Of a stretch of 64,000 nucleotides of DNA, positions 48,548 through 58,340 are shown one piece after another; positions within the stretch are counted from its first letter, which is position 1; every line of letters starts with the position of its first letter. Source of the stretch: Marinicella marina (GTDB taxonomy: Bacteria; Pseudomonadota; Gammaproteobacteria; Xanthomonadales; Marinicellaceae). The translations under genes were made by a program, and so were the position numbers. Location of the stretch: the NCBI RefSeq assembly GCF_026410145.1, contig NZ_JAPMLO010000004.1. One strand, written 5' to 3'. The notes beneath the pieces are model-generated. The model was not told where the DNA came from and did no database searches. It saw nothing but the letters and a program-made list of their open reading frames with translations.

Positions 48548-50725
48548 TCAGAAACGCCAGTTGGCTGTTAAGCGTGCATTCAAAGGTGCGGCCACAGTGG
48601 CTTGGTGGGTACTGTGGGCATTGGGAAAGTACAATTCATCAGTAAGGTTTTCAATGTTCAGTTGCAAGCTCAGCATTTCAGAAACATCGTAATAAGCAGC
48701 TGCATCAATGCGAGTGAAACTTGGCAGTATTGCCGTGTTGCTGTTATTGATAAAACTCTCATCTTGGTAATTGATACCCAAGCCCAAACCAAATTGGTCA
48801 GTGATGCGGAAATTATTCCACAATGAAAACATATTTTCAGGCAACTCCCTGGGTCGTAACCCGATTGCACCTGTTCGATTGACCTGCTCTCCATCCAAGT
48901 AACTGTAGCCAGCTGAAATGAACCACATGTCATTGATTTCACCTTTCAACTGAATTTCAAAACCATTGATTTGTGAATCGATCACATCTAAGGTTTCTGG
49001 GTCACTATCAGCCACTTGAGGTGAGGATTGTTCAATTTCAAAAACAGCAGCAGTCAAACTCAAACCTTGATTGAAATCCCATTTAAAACCCACTTCTTGG
49101 TTGGTGAAGATATTGGGGTCTAACTGGTTGTTATCACCGTTGATGTTGGCAAACTGTTCACCGCTTCTGGGCAAAAAAGTCTCACTGTAACTGGCATATA
49201 AGGACATGTTTTCTTGCGGCTTAAATATCAAACCCAAACGCGGCGAGACTTCATCGTCTTCGCGACTGCGAACCTCGTCACTGATTACATTAAACACATC
49301 GATATCAAAACTATCAAAACGGGCACCCAGCACCACATCCAAATAATCAGTTAATTGAATTTCATTTTGTAAATACGCTGAAAAGACTTCAATGTCAACA
49401 CGGGTGTCGTCATTCAAATCAACGGTAAAGTCATTGCTGGTAGGATTGCCTGCAGCATTGATTCCTATGCCTCCTCTCAGGTTCAATGGACGATTAACTA
49501 AAAACACCTCATTATCATCAAGGGTAGTATCCCAAAATGAGTTAAAACGGAACTGATCTGATGAAGTATCAATGAATTCAATACCACCGACCAAGGTGTG
49601 CATTACATCACCGGTATAAAACTCACCAATCAGATTACCCGAAAGAATCATGTTCTGGCGTTTGGTGACGTCTAAATAACCATCCAGAGTCACTGCATTA
49701 GGGCTGTTGGCTTGATCATAAGCTGATACGTAAAAGTTTTGATAGAGTTTGTCGTAGTCACCATAAAAGGCACTGAAGTTACCCTTGAGGCTGCTAGAGA
49801 ACTGGTGTTGGAGAGTAGCTCTGAATAAGTGCGCTTCTAATTCTGATGTGTTCAACGCTGGATCTGCAAACACAATATTCTCAAATGCTTCGACTGGTCG
49901 TCCATTGGTACCCGTTGGGATACCGCGATCAATGAAACGCTGGTGGTCTATGTATTCATAGGACAAGTCTAAGGTAGAAAAATCTGATAACAAGAACTTG
50001 GCTGTAGGATTGAAGCCCAAACGTTCACCGTCGTAAAAGTCCCTGTGGTTATCTAGATTCTCGTACATGGCGTTGATGCGAAAAGCAACATGGTCTTGAC
50101 CAGAAAAGTTACTGTCCAACCAAAAATCAAAAGCACCAAAAGTATCAACACTGGTTTGTAAGTTGGTAAAATCATCACCAACAACACCTTGTTTAGTCAC
50201 TCGGTTTAAAATACCACCCGTACCACCTCGACCAAACAGCAACGCATTCGGTCCGCGCAATATTTCAACTTGCTCCAGGTTGTACAGCGGTCGGTAATAC
50301 TGTACATCATCTCGCACACCATCAATAAAAAAATCAGCCGTAGAGCGCACGCCACGGAAAACCACTGAATCACGGTGTCCCTCACCTTGTGAGTTGTTAA
50401 CACCTGGGGTGTAATCAATGATTTCACTGATGCTGGTGAAGCCACGTTGTGAAATTTCATCAGCTGTAGTGATGGACAGGCTCTGTGGCACATCAATGAT
50501 TGGCGTGGGTGATTTCAGTGCATTCACTTGGTCAGAGTAAAGAAAATTTCCAACCACCACTAGGTTATCTAAATCAGCTGCATCAGTTTCTGATTGGTTC
50601 ATCTCCTTGTGTGTAACATCTGAGTCAACTTCATTTTCTGGTGTTTCAGCCATCAGTACAGGTGATGCTGCAGAAATTAACAAGATCAAGGCCAAGTTCC
50701 ATTTTGTATTTAAGAGTTGTTTCAT
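48548..50725 (-). CDS. TonB-dependent outer-membrane receptor
   Basis: Signal peptide, plug domain, C-terminal RLTANWRF barrel terminus. Confidence 0.85.
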   Translation of the reverse strand: MKQLLNTKWNLALILLISAASPVLMAETPENEVDSDVTHKEMNQSETDAADLDNLVVVGNFLYSDQVNALKSPTPIIDVPQSLSITTADEISQRGFTSISEIIDYTPGVNNSQGEGHRDSVVFRGVRSTADFFIDGVRDDVQYYRPLYNLEQVEILRGPNALLFGRGGTGGILNRVTKQGVVGDDFTNLQTSVDTFGAFDFWLDSNFSGQDHVAFRINAMYENLDNHRDFYDGERLGFNPTAKFLLSDFSTLDLSYEYIDHQRFIDRGIPTGTNGRPVEAFENIVFADPALNTSELEAHLFRATLQHQFSSSLKGNFSAFYGDYDKLYQNFYVSAYDQANSPNAVTLDGYLDVTKRQNMILSGNLIGEFYTGDVMHTLVGGIEFIDTSSDQFRFNSFWDTTLDDNEVFLVNRPLNLRGGIGINAAGNPTSNDFTVDLNDDTRVDIEVFSAYLQNEIQLTDYLDVVLGARFDSFDIDVFNVISDEVRSREDDEVSPRLGLIFKPQENMSLYASYSETFLPRSGEQFANINGDNNQLDPNIFTNQEVGFKWDFNQGLSLTAAVFEIEQSSPQVADSDPETLDVIDSQINGFEIQLKGEINDMWFISAGYSYLDGEQVNRTGAIGLRPRELPENMFSLWNNFRITDQFGLGLGINYQDESFINNSNTAILPSFTRIDAAAYYDVSEMLSLQLNIENLTDELYFPNAHSTHQATVAAPLNARLTANWRF

Positions 50726-50767
50726 ATTTAAAGTATTTAATATTGAAAAGATGGGCGCATTTTATTC

Positions 50768-50787
50768 TTAATGAGAATCATTGTCAA
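50768..50787. promoter_or_regulatory. Fur-box-like site within a 10-bp inverted repeat, upstream of the TonB-dependent receptor
   Basis: TAATGAGAATCATTGTC vs Fur consensus TAATGATAATCATTATC: 15 of 17 match. Lies inside the inverted repeat TTAATGAGAA (50769-50778) / TTCTCATTAA (50798-50807), 43-80 bp 5' of the receptor start. Confidence 0.5.
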
Positions 50788-50913
50788 TTGCAAATAGTTC
50801 TCATTAACGTGTTATTTTTATTATAAAACCAATCATTAAAAGCTAATTAATTGGTTTTTTAAATAACCTTTCCGTTCATCCAGAATAATAACCACTCATA
50901 CAATATAAGCCTG

Positions 50914-51123
50914 ATGATTGAAATAAATCAGTATCATGAATTCATTCAAATCACATCGGAGATTAATATGAAAAACAAAGCAATCATTGGTTTATTTTTG
51001 GTTTTATTGATATCAATCTATACTGACTTGCAAGCCAGTGAATTTGATTTCAAAGTTAAAGTTCATGGTCAAGGGCAACCCATGTTACTTATCCCAGGAC
51101 TGAGCAATGACATGGCAGTTTAG
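50914..51123 (+). pseudogene. Fragment: signal peptide plus first approx 25 residues of an alpha/beta-hydrolase, terminated by TAG, in frame with the downstream response regulator
   Basis: VHGQGQPMLLIPGLS resembles the HGxG..LLLHG N-terminus of alpha/beta hydrolases. The ORF stops after 69 aa, in the same reading frame as 51148..51807. Confidence 0.35.
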
Positions 51124-51147
51124 GATTCAAGGCTGGCGTGGAAAGAG

Positions 51148-51807
51148 TTGATTCACCTGTTACAAATCCACCCACAGATTAAAGTCATGGCAGAGGCTGC
51201 CTCAGGGCCTCATGCAATCAAACAGCTGCAAGAACATGCCATAGATGTGATGTTTTTGGACATACAAATGCCGGGCACGGATGGTTTTGAACTGTTGCAA
51301 CAGCTCGAAGACATACCGCAAGTGGTGTTTGTCACTGCTTATGATGAGTATGCCATCAGGGCATTCGAGCACAATGCCCTGGACTACCTACAAAAACCGA
51401 TAGAACCGAATGACTTAAACCGCGCCATTACACGCATCAAAGTACCTGATACGCAAGCGCAACAAAAATCAATGCTGACCCAAGGAGATTCAGTATTTGT
51501 TATAGATGATGATGCCTGTTGGTTCGTTGATGTGGCTGAAATTCGATTGTTTGAGGTGGATGGCAACTACACCACAATTTATTTTGAGAACAATCAACCG
51601 ATGCTGTCAAAAACCCTCAATCATTTGGCTGCTCGCTTGGACCCAGAGCTGTTTTTCAGGGCCAATCTCAATCAATTGATCAACCTCAAACACATCGATA
51701 AAGTAGAACCTTGGGTACAAGGCATACGGGTCAAACTCAGTGGCAGTGAAGCAGTTGAATTATCGCGTCGCCAAACTCAGAAATTCAAAGAATTGATGAG
51801 TTTATGA
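51148..51807 (+). CDS. LytTR-family response regulator with N-terminally truncated receiver domain (possible remnant/pseudogene)
   Basis: Retains phospho-acceptor region VMFLDIQMPGTDGFEL and a C-terminal LytTR domain. Lacks the first beta-strand/acidic DD pocket. The in-frame upstream read-through (..AWKELIHLLQ) aligns with receiver helix 1. No histidine kinase adjacent. Confidence 0.65.
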   Translation: MIHLLQIHPQIKVMAEAASGPHAIKQLQEHAIDVMFLDIQMPGTDGFELLQQLEDIPQVVFVTAYDEYAIRAFEHNALDYLQKPIEPNDLNRAITRIKVPDTQAQQKSMLTQGDSVFVIDDDACWFVDVAEIRLFEVDGNYTTIYFENNQPMLSKTLNHLAARLDPELFFRANLNQLINLKHIDKVEPWVQGIRVKLSGSEAVELSRRQTQKFKELMSL

Positions 51808-52275
51808 TGACTTGGCTGGATGCAAGTCCAATGCCATAAAGACATTATTGGGGTCTTGTACATAATCCCCAAAGGGTTGGCAGTAACTGAAACCAAATTT
51901 AAGGTACAAAGACCTGGCCGGCTTAAAGTATGCCATCGAACCCGTTTCTAGCTTCAAGTGCTTATAACCACGGTTTTTTGCCTCAGCAATAACGTGTTGT
52001 AGTAATTTTTTTCCCACGCCTTTTTTGGTGTGACTTGGTGCCGTTTTCATTGACTTGATTTCACCCAATTGATCACTCCAATGCTTCAAGGCCACACAAC
52101 CCAGTAACTCATCAGCATGCCACAATGACCAAAAACTGATGTTATCTTGTTGCAAAGCTTTGACATCAAGCACATGTCGACTTTCAGGTGGCGAATGATC
52201 AGCCATGCGATCTTGGTGCTCTTGAAGTAGTTGTATGACTTTCAAACCAGTCACATCATCACGCTTAATTTCCAT
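51802..52275 (-). CDS. GNAT family N-acetyltransferase
   Basis: 157 aa. KGVGKKLLQHVIAEAKNRGY acetyl-CoA binding (R/Q-x-x-G-x-G/A) motif. Confidence 0.8.
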   Translation of the reverse strand: MEIKRDDVTGLKVIQLLQEHQDRMADHSPPESRHVLDVKALQQDNISFWSLWHADELLGCVALKHWSDQLGEIKSMKTAPSHTKKGVGKKLLQHVIAEAKNRGYKHLKLETGSMAYFKPARSLYLKFGFSYCQPFGDYVQDPNNVFMALDLHPAKSS

Positions 52276-52285
52276 GAATCAACAA

Positions 52286-53728
52286 TCAATCAAAGCCATT
52301 CTCAAAAATCAAATCACAACTGATTTCACCACAAAATTCATAGGCGCCAATATCCACGGCACCACTTGGAATCCTGCTTTGGGTGGCTTGGTGTTTGAGG
52401 TACTCATACGCAAGCGCATACTCAGGCAGCAATTCAGGTAATACAGCCATGCCCTGATTGATTAATTCACTGTCACTTAATGGACCGAACGCCAAGTTAT
52501 TTAAATCGATGAACCCTGGATCGGAACCTGTAATCACATTGCCCAAGTCATTGATGCTGCCATTGGGCGAACAGTGGCAGTCTTGCCAACCCGTTTTGAA
52601 CCAATTATGCTGGATGTTCATCATCCCGTTGCCGTCTATCAAAGCCTGATTGCTCCCTGCTGCAGTGCCATAATACACATTATTGAACACGTGAGCAGTC
52701 TCATCATTGGTGGATAAGCGCATCAATGTGGTGTTGCCACTGCGACTTGAGAATACGGTGTTGTTGTAGAAATATAAATCACCTTTGCGGTAATCACTGG
52801 TGGTACCACTGTCACCACCATAATGAACCATTTGCGAATTACCCTCTCCTTCTGATTCAATCAACACATTGCCATACACATGGGTGGTGGCATAGCTGGG
52901 ATGATTGACCAGCACACTGGAATCCTCAGCATCAACCAAATCCAATTGGCGGTTACCGTCTTTGATCCAATTGTTTCGAACAACCAAGCCAGCAGAGCGG
53001 TCTTTCAGGTTATTGCCCAAAGCACCGGTTCTTAAAGGACCAAAGCGGTTGCCCTCATAAATGATGCCAATGGCGGCGGTGTAGGTGTTATGCTCAAAAA
53101 TTCGACCTTCAATGCCGTTGTCGTATATGTGATTGTTTTGAATCAATATGTCTTGGGTCTGACCACCATTGGCACCGACAAATATGCCGTTGCCTGAGTC
53201 TCTGATGGTGTTATTGCGAATGGTGATGTGTTGCCCTATTTCGACATAGACACTGGCTGCATTGTTGCTGTAAGTTTCACTGCCACCTCCATCGTTGGTG
53301 AATTGAAATGGCGGCCTGGCGGAGCGTAAATCCAAATTTTCAATGATGATGTGTTCGGGAATGGCGTTACTGGGGGTATTGGAACCACCGATTTTAATTA
53401 AACCACGGCGTTCGTTCCAGAAGTTAACCCCTGGGACAGTGGTGGCCGCATTGCCATCTATCACTGGCTGTTGGCCTTGTGGTCCATTCACACCAATCAC
53501 TTGGATGGGGTTTTCTTCAGTGCCCACTGCATTGATCACCCATTTTTCATTGTAGGGTGTGGCACGCCAATGAATGAACACCCGATCACCGGCTTGTAAA
53601 TTTGCCCAAGGAACATCACCGATAGCAGCAAGAGGTTGCTCTGGCCCGACGCGATAATCAATTGCGTGGCAAACACCGAACAACTGCAAAGCCATCAGAG
53701 CCAGTATTGTTTTTAATCGTTTTAGCAT
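52286..53728 (-). CDS. Secreted right-handed parallel beta-helix repeat protein (pectate-lyase/NosD-like fold; C-terminal DLIFENGFD tail)
   Basis: Signal peptide. Repeated Asn/Gly-rich units (NNTIRDSGNGIFVGANGG, IQNNHIYDNGIEG, and so on) characteristic of PbH1 repeats. Confidence 0.7.
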   Translation of the reverse strand: MLKRLKTILALMALQLFGVCHAIDYRVGPEQPLAAIGDVPWANLQAGDRVFIHWRATPYNEKWVINAVGTEENPIQVIGVNGPQGQQPVIDGNAATTVPGVNFWNERRGLIKIGGSNTPSNAIPEHIIIENLDLRSARPPFQFTNDGGGSETYSNNAASVYVEIGQHITIRNNTIRDSGNGIFVGANGGQTQDILIQNNHIYDNGIEGRIFEHNTYTAAIGIIYEGNRFGPLRTGALGNNLKDRSAGLVVRNNWIKDGNRQLDLVDAEDSSVLVNHPSYATTHVYGNVLIESEGEGNSQMVHYGGDSGTTSDYRKGDLYFYNNTVFSSRSGNTTLMRLSTNDETAHVFNNVYYGTAAGSNQALIDGNGMMNIQHNWFKTGWQDCHCSPNGSINDLGNVITGSDPGFIDLNNLAFGPLSDSELINQGMAVLPELLPEYALAYEYLKHQATQSRIPSGAVDIGAYEFCGEISCDLIFENGFD

Positions 53729-53961
53729 AATGGATTAACAGTCAACAACCTTACATCATACGTCATTAACTTTTTATAAATTGTTAACCAGAACACATAT
53801 TAACCCCGATAAAGTGTGTCAGTTAAAGATTAAAAATAAATGCTGTTTTGATGCATAAAATAGTTGTATCAAAACCACAAATAACGGTATAAATACGATG
53901 TGCCATGACGACTAAAAACGTCATCATAAACTGGATTGTTATTAATTAGAGGTTTTTTAAA

Positions 53962-54438
53962 ATGATTTATCCATCTGAATTTGGTGATGACCCGATGTTT
54001 CCACAAACTTCGGATTTTAACATTGAGTTTAAAAATCACATCGCAGGCCAGGGTGTGGTTTGCTTGAGAGATTTTAAACAAGGAACAGTAATGGCTCATT
54101 TGGCGGGAGTGGTAGTAAATTCAATGCGTGAACACTCTTTTCAAATTGGTAAAAACAAGCATTTGAATGATGAATACTTCACAGGATTCTTTTTGCATTC
54201 ATGTGACCCAAATACAGCCATCAATACCAAAGCACACACAGCTACAGCAATCAAAGACATCAAAATTGGCGACTATATCACCATTGATTACAGTGCCACA
54301 GAAGACTACTTGTTTCGTCAATTCAAATGTAATTGTGGGGCAAAAAAATGCCGTGGCGTGATAGCTGGAAAAAAAGAAATTCCGCGTTCTTTTTTATCAG
54401 TCACTGGTTACTATGAAGATGATTCAGATGACTATTAA
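53962..54438 (+). CDS. SET-domain protein (putative lysine methyltransferase)
   Basis: FFLHSCDPNT (SET NHSC-like motif), ITIDYS, and the post-SET cysteine cluster FKCNCGAKKCRG. Confidence 0.7.
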   Translation: MIYPSEFGDDPMFPQTSDFNIEFKNHIAGQGVVCLRDFKQGTVMAHLAGVVVNSMREHSFQIGKNKHLNDEYFTGFFLHSCDPNTAINTKAHTATAIKDIKIGDYITIDYSATEDYLFRQFKCNCGAKKCRGVIAGKKEIPRSFLSVTGYYEDDSDDY

Positions 54439-54527
54439 ATGGCTCAATCGAGGTTTTAATGGCATGCCTTCAGCCGATATAACAAGATTTCTCATAACCC
54501 GCATTAGGTCATTCTGAGCCTTTAGAC

Positions 54528-55100
54528 TTAATGGGACTTCTTGACGTATTCAGTCAAGATCACAATGCGCTGTGATTCGACTTTACCTTCAATCTGACCA
54601 GGATTATCAGGCACCAGGCCGATGTTTCTGACAGCAGTGCCCTGTTTGGCAGTGAAACCGCCACCTTTAACTTTGAGGTCTTTAACCAAGGTGACCGTAT
54701 CACCCGCCTCGAGCTTGGCACCGTGACAATCGGTATGCAGCACTACCTCTACACCCTCTCCTGTGGCTTTGGCCCACTTCAATTGCTCACCCTCTAAATA
54801 CATCATGTCCAATAAATCACGCGGCCAGCCTTCAGCGGAAAGTCGTGTCAACATGCGCCAAGCCAATACTTTAACGGCTGGCACTTCACTCCACATGCTG
54901 TCATTCAAACAACGCCAGTGATTGGGTTCTGTTAAATCCTTGTCATTGATTTGACTGCGACAGGTGGCACATAAATAAGCACAAGATTCCACATCAATTT
55001 GCTCAATTGGTTCGACTTGAAAGACCGCTAAATCATTGCTTGATTGACACAGTTCACATTGCTCTTTTGATCGTTGTTTTAATTTATCTTCAATATTCAT
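54528..55100 (-). CDS. PhnA-family protein (zinc-ribbon N-terminus plus PhnA C-terminal domain)
   Basis: C-terminal GDTVTLVKDLKVKGGGFTAKQGTAVRNIGLV parallels E. coli PhnA. N-terminal CELCQ / CATCRSQ zinc ribbon. Confidence 0.7.
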   Translation of the reverse strand: MNIEDKLKQRSKEQCELCQSSNDLAVFQVEPIEQIDVESCAYLCATCRSQINDKDLTEPNHWRCLNDSMWSEVPAVKVLAWRMLTRLSAEGWPRDLLDMMYLEGEQLKWAKATGEGVEVVLHTDCHGAKLEAGDTVTLVKDLKVKGGGFTAKQGTAVRNIGLVPDNPGQIEGKVESQRIVILTEYVKKSH

Positions 55101-55212
55101 GCGCGAATTGTAACCGAATCATGATTTTGTTAACAGCTGCTGAAATTTATCAGTGACAATTGAATCCAAGCTTGGCACAATAAATATCATTCAAAACACA
55201 CCAAATATTCTT

Positions 55213-57633
55213 ATGCCACATCACATCTTATTGACCCTGTTGCTGTTTTGCAGCACCCTCATGGCCGAAGAAAAACAGGATGCCCCGAAAGACATAAGCG
55301 GTTTCACTGAAAAGATGGTCAAAAAGTCCGGCTTCATTGATTTTTACTGGGATGAAAACAAAGGAAAGATATACCTAGAAATAGACCAATTCAATCAAGA
55401 TTTATTGTATGCCTACTTTTTACAATCCGGCTTAGGTTCCAATGATGTTGGTTTGGATCGTGGACAAATCGGCGGTTATGCATTGGTACAATTTAAAAGG
55501 CTGGGCAACAAAGTCATGATGATTGAGCCGAATCAAGCCTACCGAGCTTTCTCCGACAACCCAGCTGAACGCCAAGCCGTGGCCGATGGTTTCGCCCAGT
55601 CGGTGCTGTGGGGCGGTGAAGTGGTGGCCAGCAGCAGTGATGCGGTGTTGGTTGATTGGACTGCTTTTCTAACCAGAGACTCACAAGGCATCTCCGAACG
55701 CCTAGAGACCATGAAAGAAGGTCAGTTCAAACTGGATGAAGCCAGATCAGCCATTGTGATTGAAAGCAGCAAAAACTTTCCTCAGAATACTGAATTGTCA
55801 GCCATGATTACGCTTGAAGGTAAAAAACCTGGCCGCCATGTGCGTTCAGTAACACCTGCTGGCAACATCATCAGTTTAAAAACCCACCACTCTCTGATAC
55901 AACTACCAGAAGAACCCTACCAACCTCGCGCCTTTGATCCCCGTTCCGGAGCCATACCCATCAGCTTCAAAGATTATGCTGCGCCTTTGAGTGAATCAAT
56001 GAATAAACAATGGGTGATACGCCATCGTTTAGAGAAACAGGACCCAACGGCTGCAATCAGCGACGCCGTTGAACCGATTGTTTATTATTTGGACCCGGGT
56101 ACACCAGAACCAGTCAGATCGGCATTGTTAGAAGGCGCCAAATGGTGGCAAGCAGCCTTTGAAGCTGCCGGTTATTCAAATGCTTATCGGGTTGAACTGT
56201 TGCCTGAAGGGGCAGATCCATTGGACATCAGATACAACACCATTCAATGGGTGCACCGGTCCACTCGAGGCTGGTCATATGGCGCCAGTATCGTTGATCC
56301 ACGCAGTGGTGAAATCCTCAAAGGTCATGTGACCTTAGGTTCCTTGCGGGTCAGACAGGACATGCTGATTGCTCAAGGTTTGTTATCACCTTATGACGGT
56401 GAAAAAAATACGCAACAACTTGAACAAGACATCGAACAAATGGCTTTGGCTCGATTACGCCAGTTATCAGCCCATGAAGTGGGTCACACCATCGGTTTGA
56501 TTCATAATTTTTATGCCAGCAGTAAAGATCGCGCCTCGGTGATGGATTATCCACACCCATTGGTCAAACTGAATGAATCTGGTGAAATCGACTTGAATCA
56601 GGCCTATGACGTTGGCATTGGGGATTGGGACAAAGTATCCTTGGCCTATATATATCAAGACTTCGGTAATCAAGATGAAACTGCAGGCTTGAATCAATTG
56701 TTACAACAAGCCAAACGCGATGGCCATGTGTTTATCGCCGATCGAGATGCCCGCGCCGCGGGTGGTTCACACCCCTACTCACACCTTTGGGACAATGGCA
56801 AAGATGCCGCACAAAGCCTATTGGATGTACTACAAATCAGATCCACTGCGTTGTCAAATTTTGGCTTAGATACCATTCAACCAGGTCAGACCGTGGCCAG
56901 TTTGGAAAAATACTTGGTCCCCATCTACTTGTTTCACCGCTACCAAACAGAAGCTGCAGTGAAATTAATCGCTGGTGTTGATTACCGCTATGCCATCAAA
57001 GGTGAAGAACAAGTCGCAGCCACCATAGTGGATGCAGCCACTCAACAGAAAGCTTTGAGCGCGGTGTTAAAAACCTTGGATGTAAAGACCTTGGCTTTGC
57101 CCCAGGAGTTGTTGCCTTTGTTACTGCCTCCGGTTGAGGGCAGTTATCGCGATCGTGAACATTTCAAACACCGCACAGGGCTTAACTTCGATGCCTTGGG
57201 AGTAGCAGAAACCGCTGCCCAAAACACCCTCAAGTTCTTATTGAACCCCCAACGCATCAACCGCCTGATTGAGCACCATGCTCGGGACCAAAACATGCCG
57301 TCATTGAATACTGTTTTGGAACAATTGTGGCAAAGTACCTGGCAGAGAAAACATAAAAATGATTACCACCTAGCGGTTCAACAAGGTATCAATTGGACCA
57401 CGTTAGAACAGTTGATGCATGCGACAACCGCAGAGGAATTGTCGCCACTGGCACGCAGCCAAATGATTTCCTTCTTACAACAAAAACAAAAATCATTGGC
57501 TAAAAAACGCAGTCACAAAGCATTCAATGGTTACGCAGCAAAAACCATTGGCCAATTCATCAAAAACCCAAAGAAAACCACCACACAATCTATCAAACCC
57601 ATGCCACCAGGCTCTCCCATTGGTATGAACTGA
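55213..57633 (+). CDS. Secreted zinc-dependent metalloprotease (DUF5117/DUF4953-type, HExxH)
   Basis: Signal peptide at the internal Met (MPHHILLTLLLFCSTLMA). HEVGHTIGLIHN zinc-binding motif. About 800 aa. The ORF track starts earlier, at 55153. Confidence 0.75.
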   Translation: MPHHILLTLLLFCSTLMAEEKQDAPKDISGFTEKMVKKSGFIDFYWDENKGKIYLEIDQFNQDLLYAYFLQSGLGSNDVGLDRGQIGGYALVQFKRLGNKVMMIEPNQAYRAFSDNPAERQAVADGFAQSVLWGGEVVASSSDAVLVDWTAFLTRDSQGISERLETMKEGQFKLDEARSAIVIESSKNFPQNTELSAMITLEGKKPGRHVRSVTPAGNIISLKTHHSLIQLPEEPYQPRAFDPRSGAIPISFKDYAAPLSESMNKQWVIRHRLEKQDPTAAISDAVEPIVYYLDPGTPEPVRSALLEGAKWWQAAFEAAGYSNAYRVELLPEGADPLDIRYNTIQWVHRSTRGWSYGASIVDPRSGEILKGHVTLGSLRVRQDMLIAQGLLSPYDGEKNTQQLEQDIEQMALARLRQLSAHEVGHTIGLIHNFYASSKDRASVMDYPHPLVKLNESGEIDLNQAYDVGIGDWDKVSLAYIYQDFGNQDETAGLNQLLQQAKRDGHVFIADRDARAAGGSHPYSHLWDNGKDAAQSLLDVLQIRSTALSNFGLDTIQPGQTVASLEKYLVPIYLFHRYQTEAAVKLIAGVDYRYAIKGEEQVAATIVDAATQQKALSAVLKTLDVKTLALPQELLPLLLPPVEGSYRDREHFKHRTGLNFDALGVAETAAQNTLKFLLNPQRINRLIEHHARDQNMPSLNTVLEQLWQSTWQRKHKNDYHLAVQQGINWTTLEQLMHATTAEELSPLARSQMISFLQQKQKSLAKKRSHKAFNGYAAKTIGQFIKNPKKTTTQSIKPMPPGSPIGMN

Positions 57634-57699
57634 TAAGATATAAAATGAACGAAAAAACGCACCTATTGGTGCGTTTTTGAGTGATATTGGTTATTTAAA

Positions 57700-58182
57700 T
57701 TAAGCTGTGAGTGCTTTTTCAATGTGTTTCTTGATGTCAGCTGGCTTGGTAGTTGGCGCAAATCGTTTGATGGGCTGACCGTCTTTACCAATCAAGAACT
57801 TGGTGAAGTTCCACTTGATGTTTTTGCCCAAAGTGCCTGGCAATTCATCCTTGAGGTACTCAAAAACAGGGTGCGTGTCTTTACCATTGACATCTATCTT
57901 GCCAAACATGGGGAATTCGACACCATAGTTTATTTCACAAAACTCACTGATTTGATCGGCATTGCCCGGTTCTTGCTTACCAAATTGATTGCACGGAAAA
58001 CCTAAGATTTCCAATCCTTGGCTGTGGTACTCAGCATAAAGTTCCTGTAAGCCGGTGTATTGTGGCGTGAGGCCACATTTGCTGGCGGTATTAACCACCA
58101 ACACAACCTTGCCTTTGTAGGCATCTAAAGCTTGTTCTTTGCCATTTAAAGTGACGGCTTTGAAGTCATAAAATTTAGTCAT
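57700..58182 (-). CDS. Glutathione peroxidase
   Basis: VNTASKCGLTPQY catalytic Cys motif, FPCNQFGKQEPG, WNFTKFL. Confidence 0.9.
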   Translation of the reverse strand: MTKFYDFKAVTLNGKEQALDAYKGKVVLVVNTASKCGLTPQYTGLQELYAEYHSQGLEILGFPCNQFGKQEPGNADQISEFCEINYGVEFPMFGKIDVNGKDTHPVFEYLKDELPGTLGKNIKWNFTKFLIGKDGQPIKRFAPTTKPADIKKHIEKALTA

Positions 58183-58340
58183 GGTTAGCTCTTATAAAAA
58201 TGATGTGTTTAATATAGTATTAATTTAATGAAATTAAAGTGAAGTCATTGCTGCTGTTTAAATCTCATAGGTCATGAGAAAGGACTTGAATTTTATAATC
58301 ACTGCATTTAGCCTTAACTGATTTAAATACAGGATTAAGT

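Noticed and set aside
53869-54099. 76-aa minus-strand ORF overlapping the 5' end of the SET-domain gene
   Set aside because: It overlaps a better-supported gene on the opposite strand, has no motif and poor start context. Likely non-coding.
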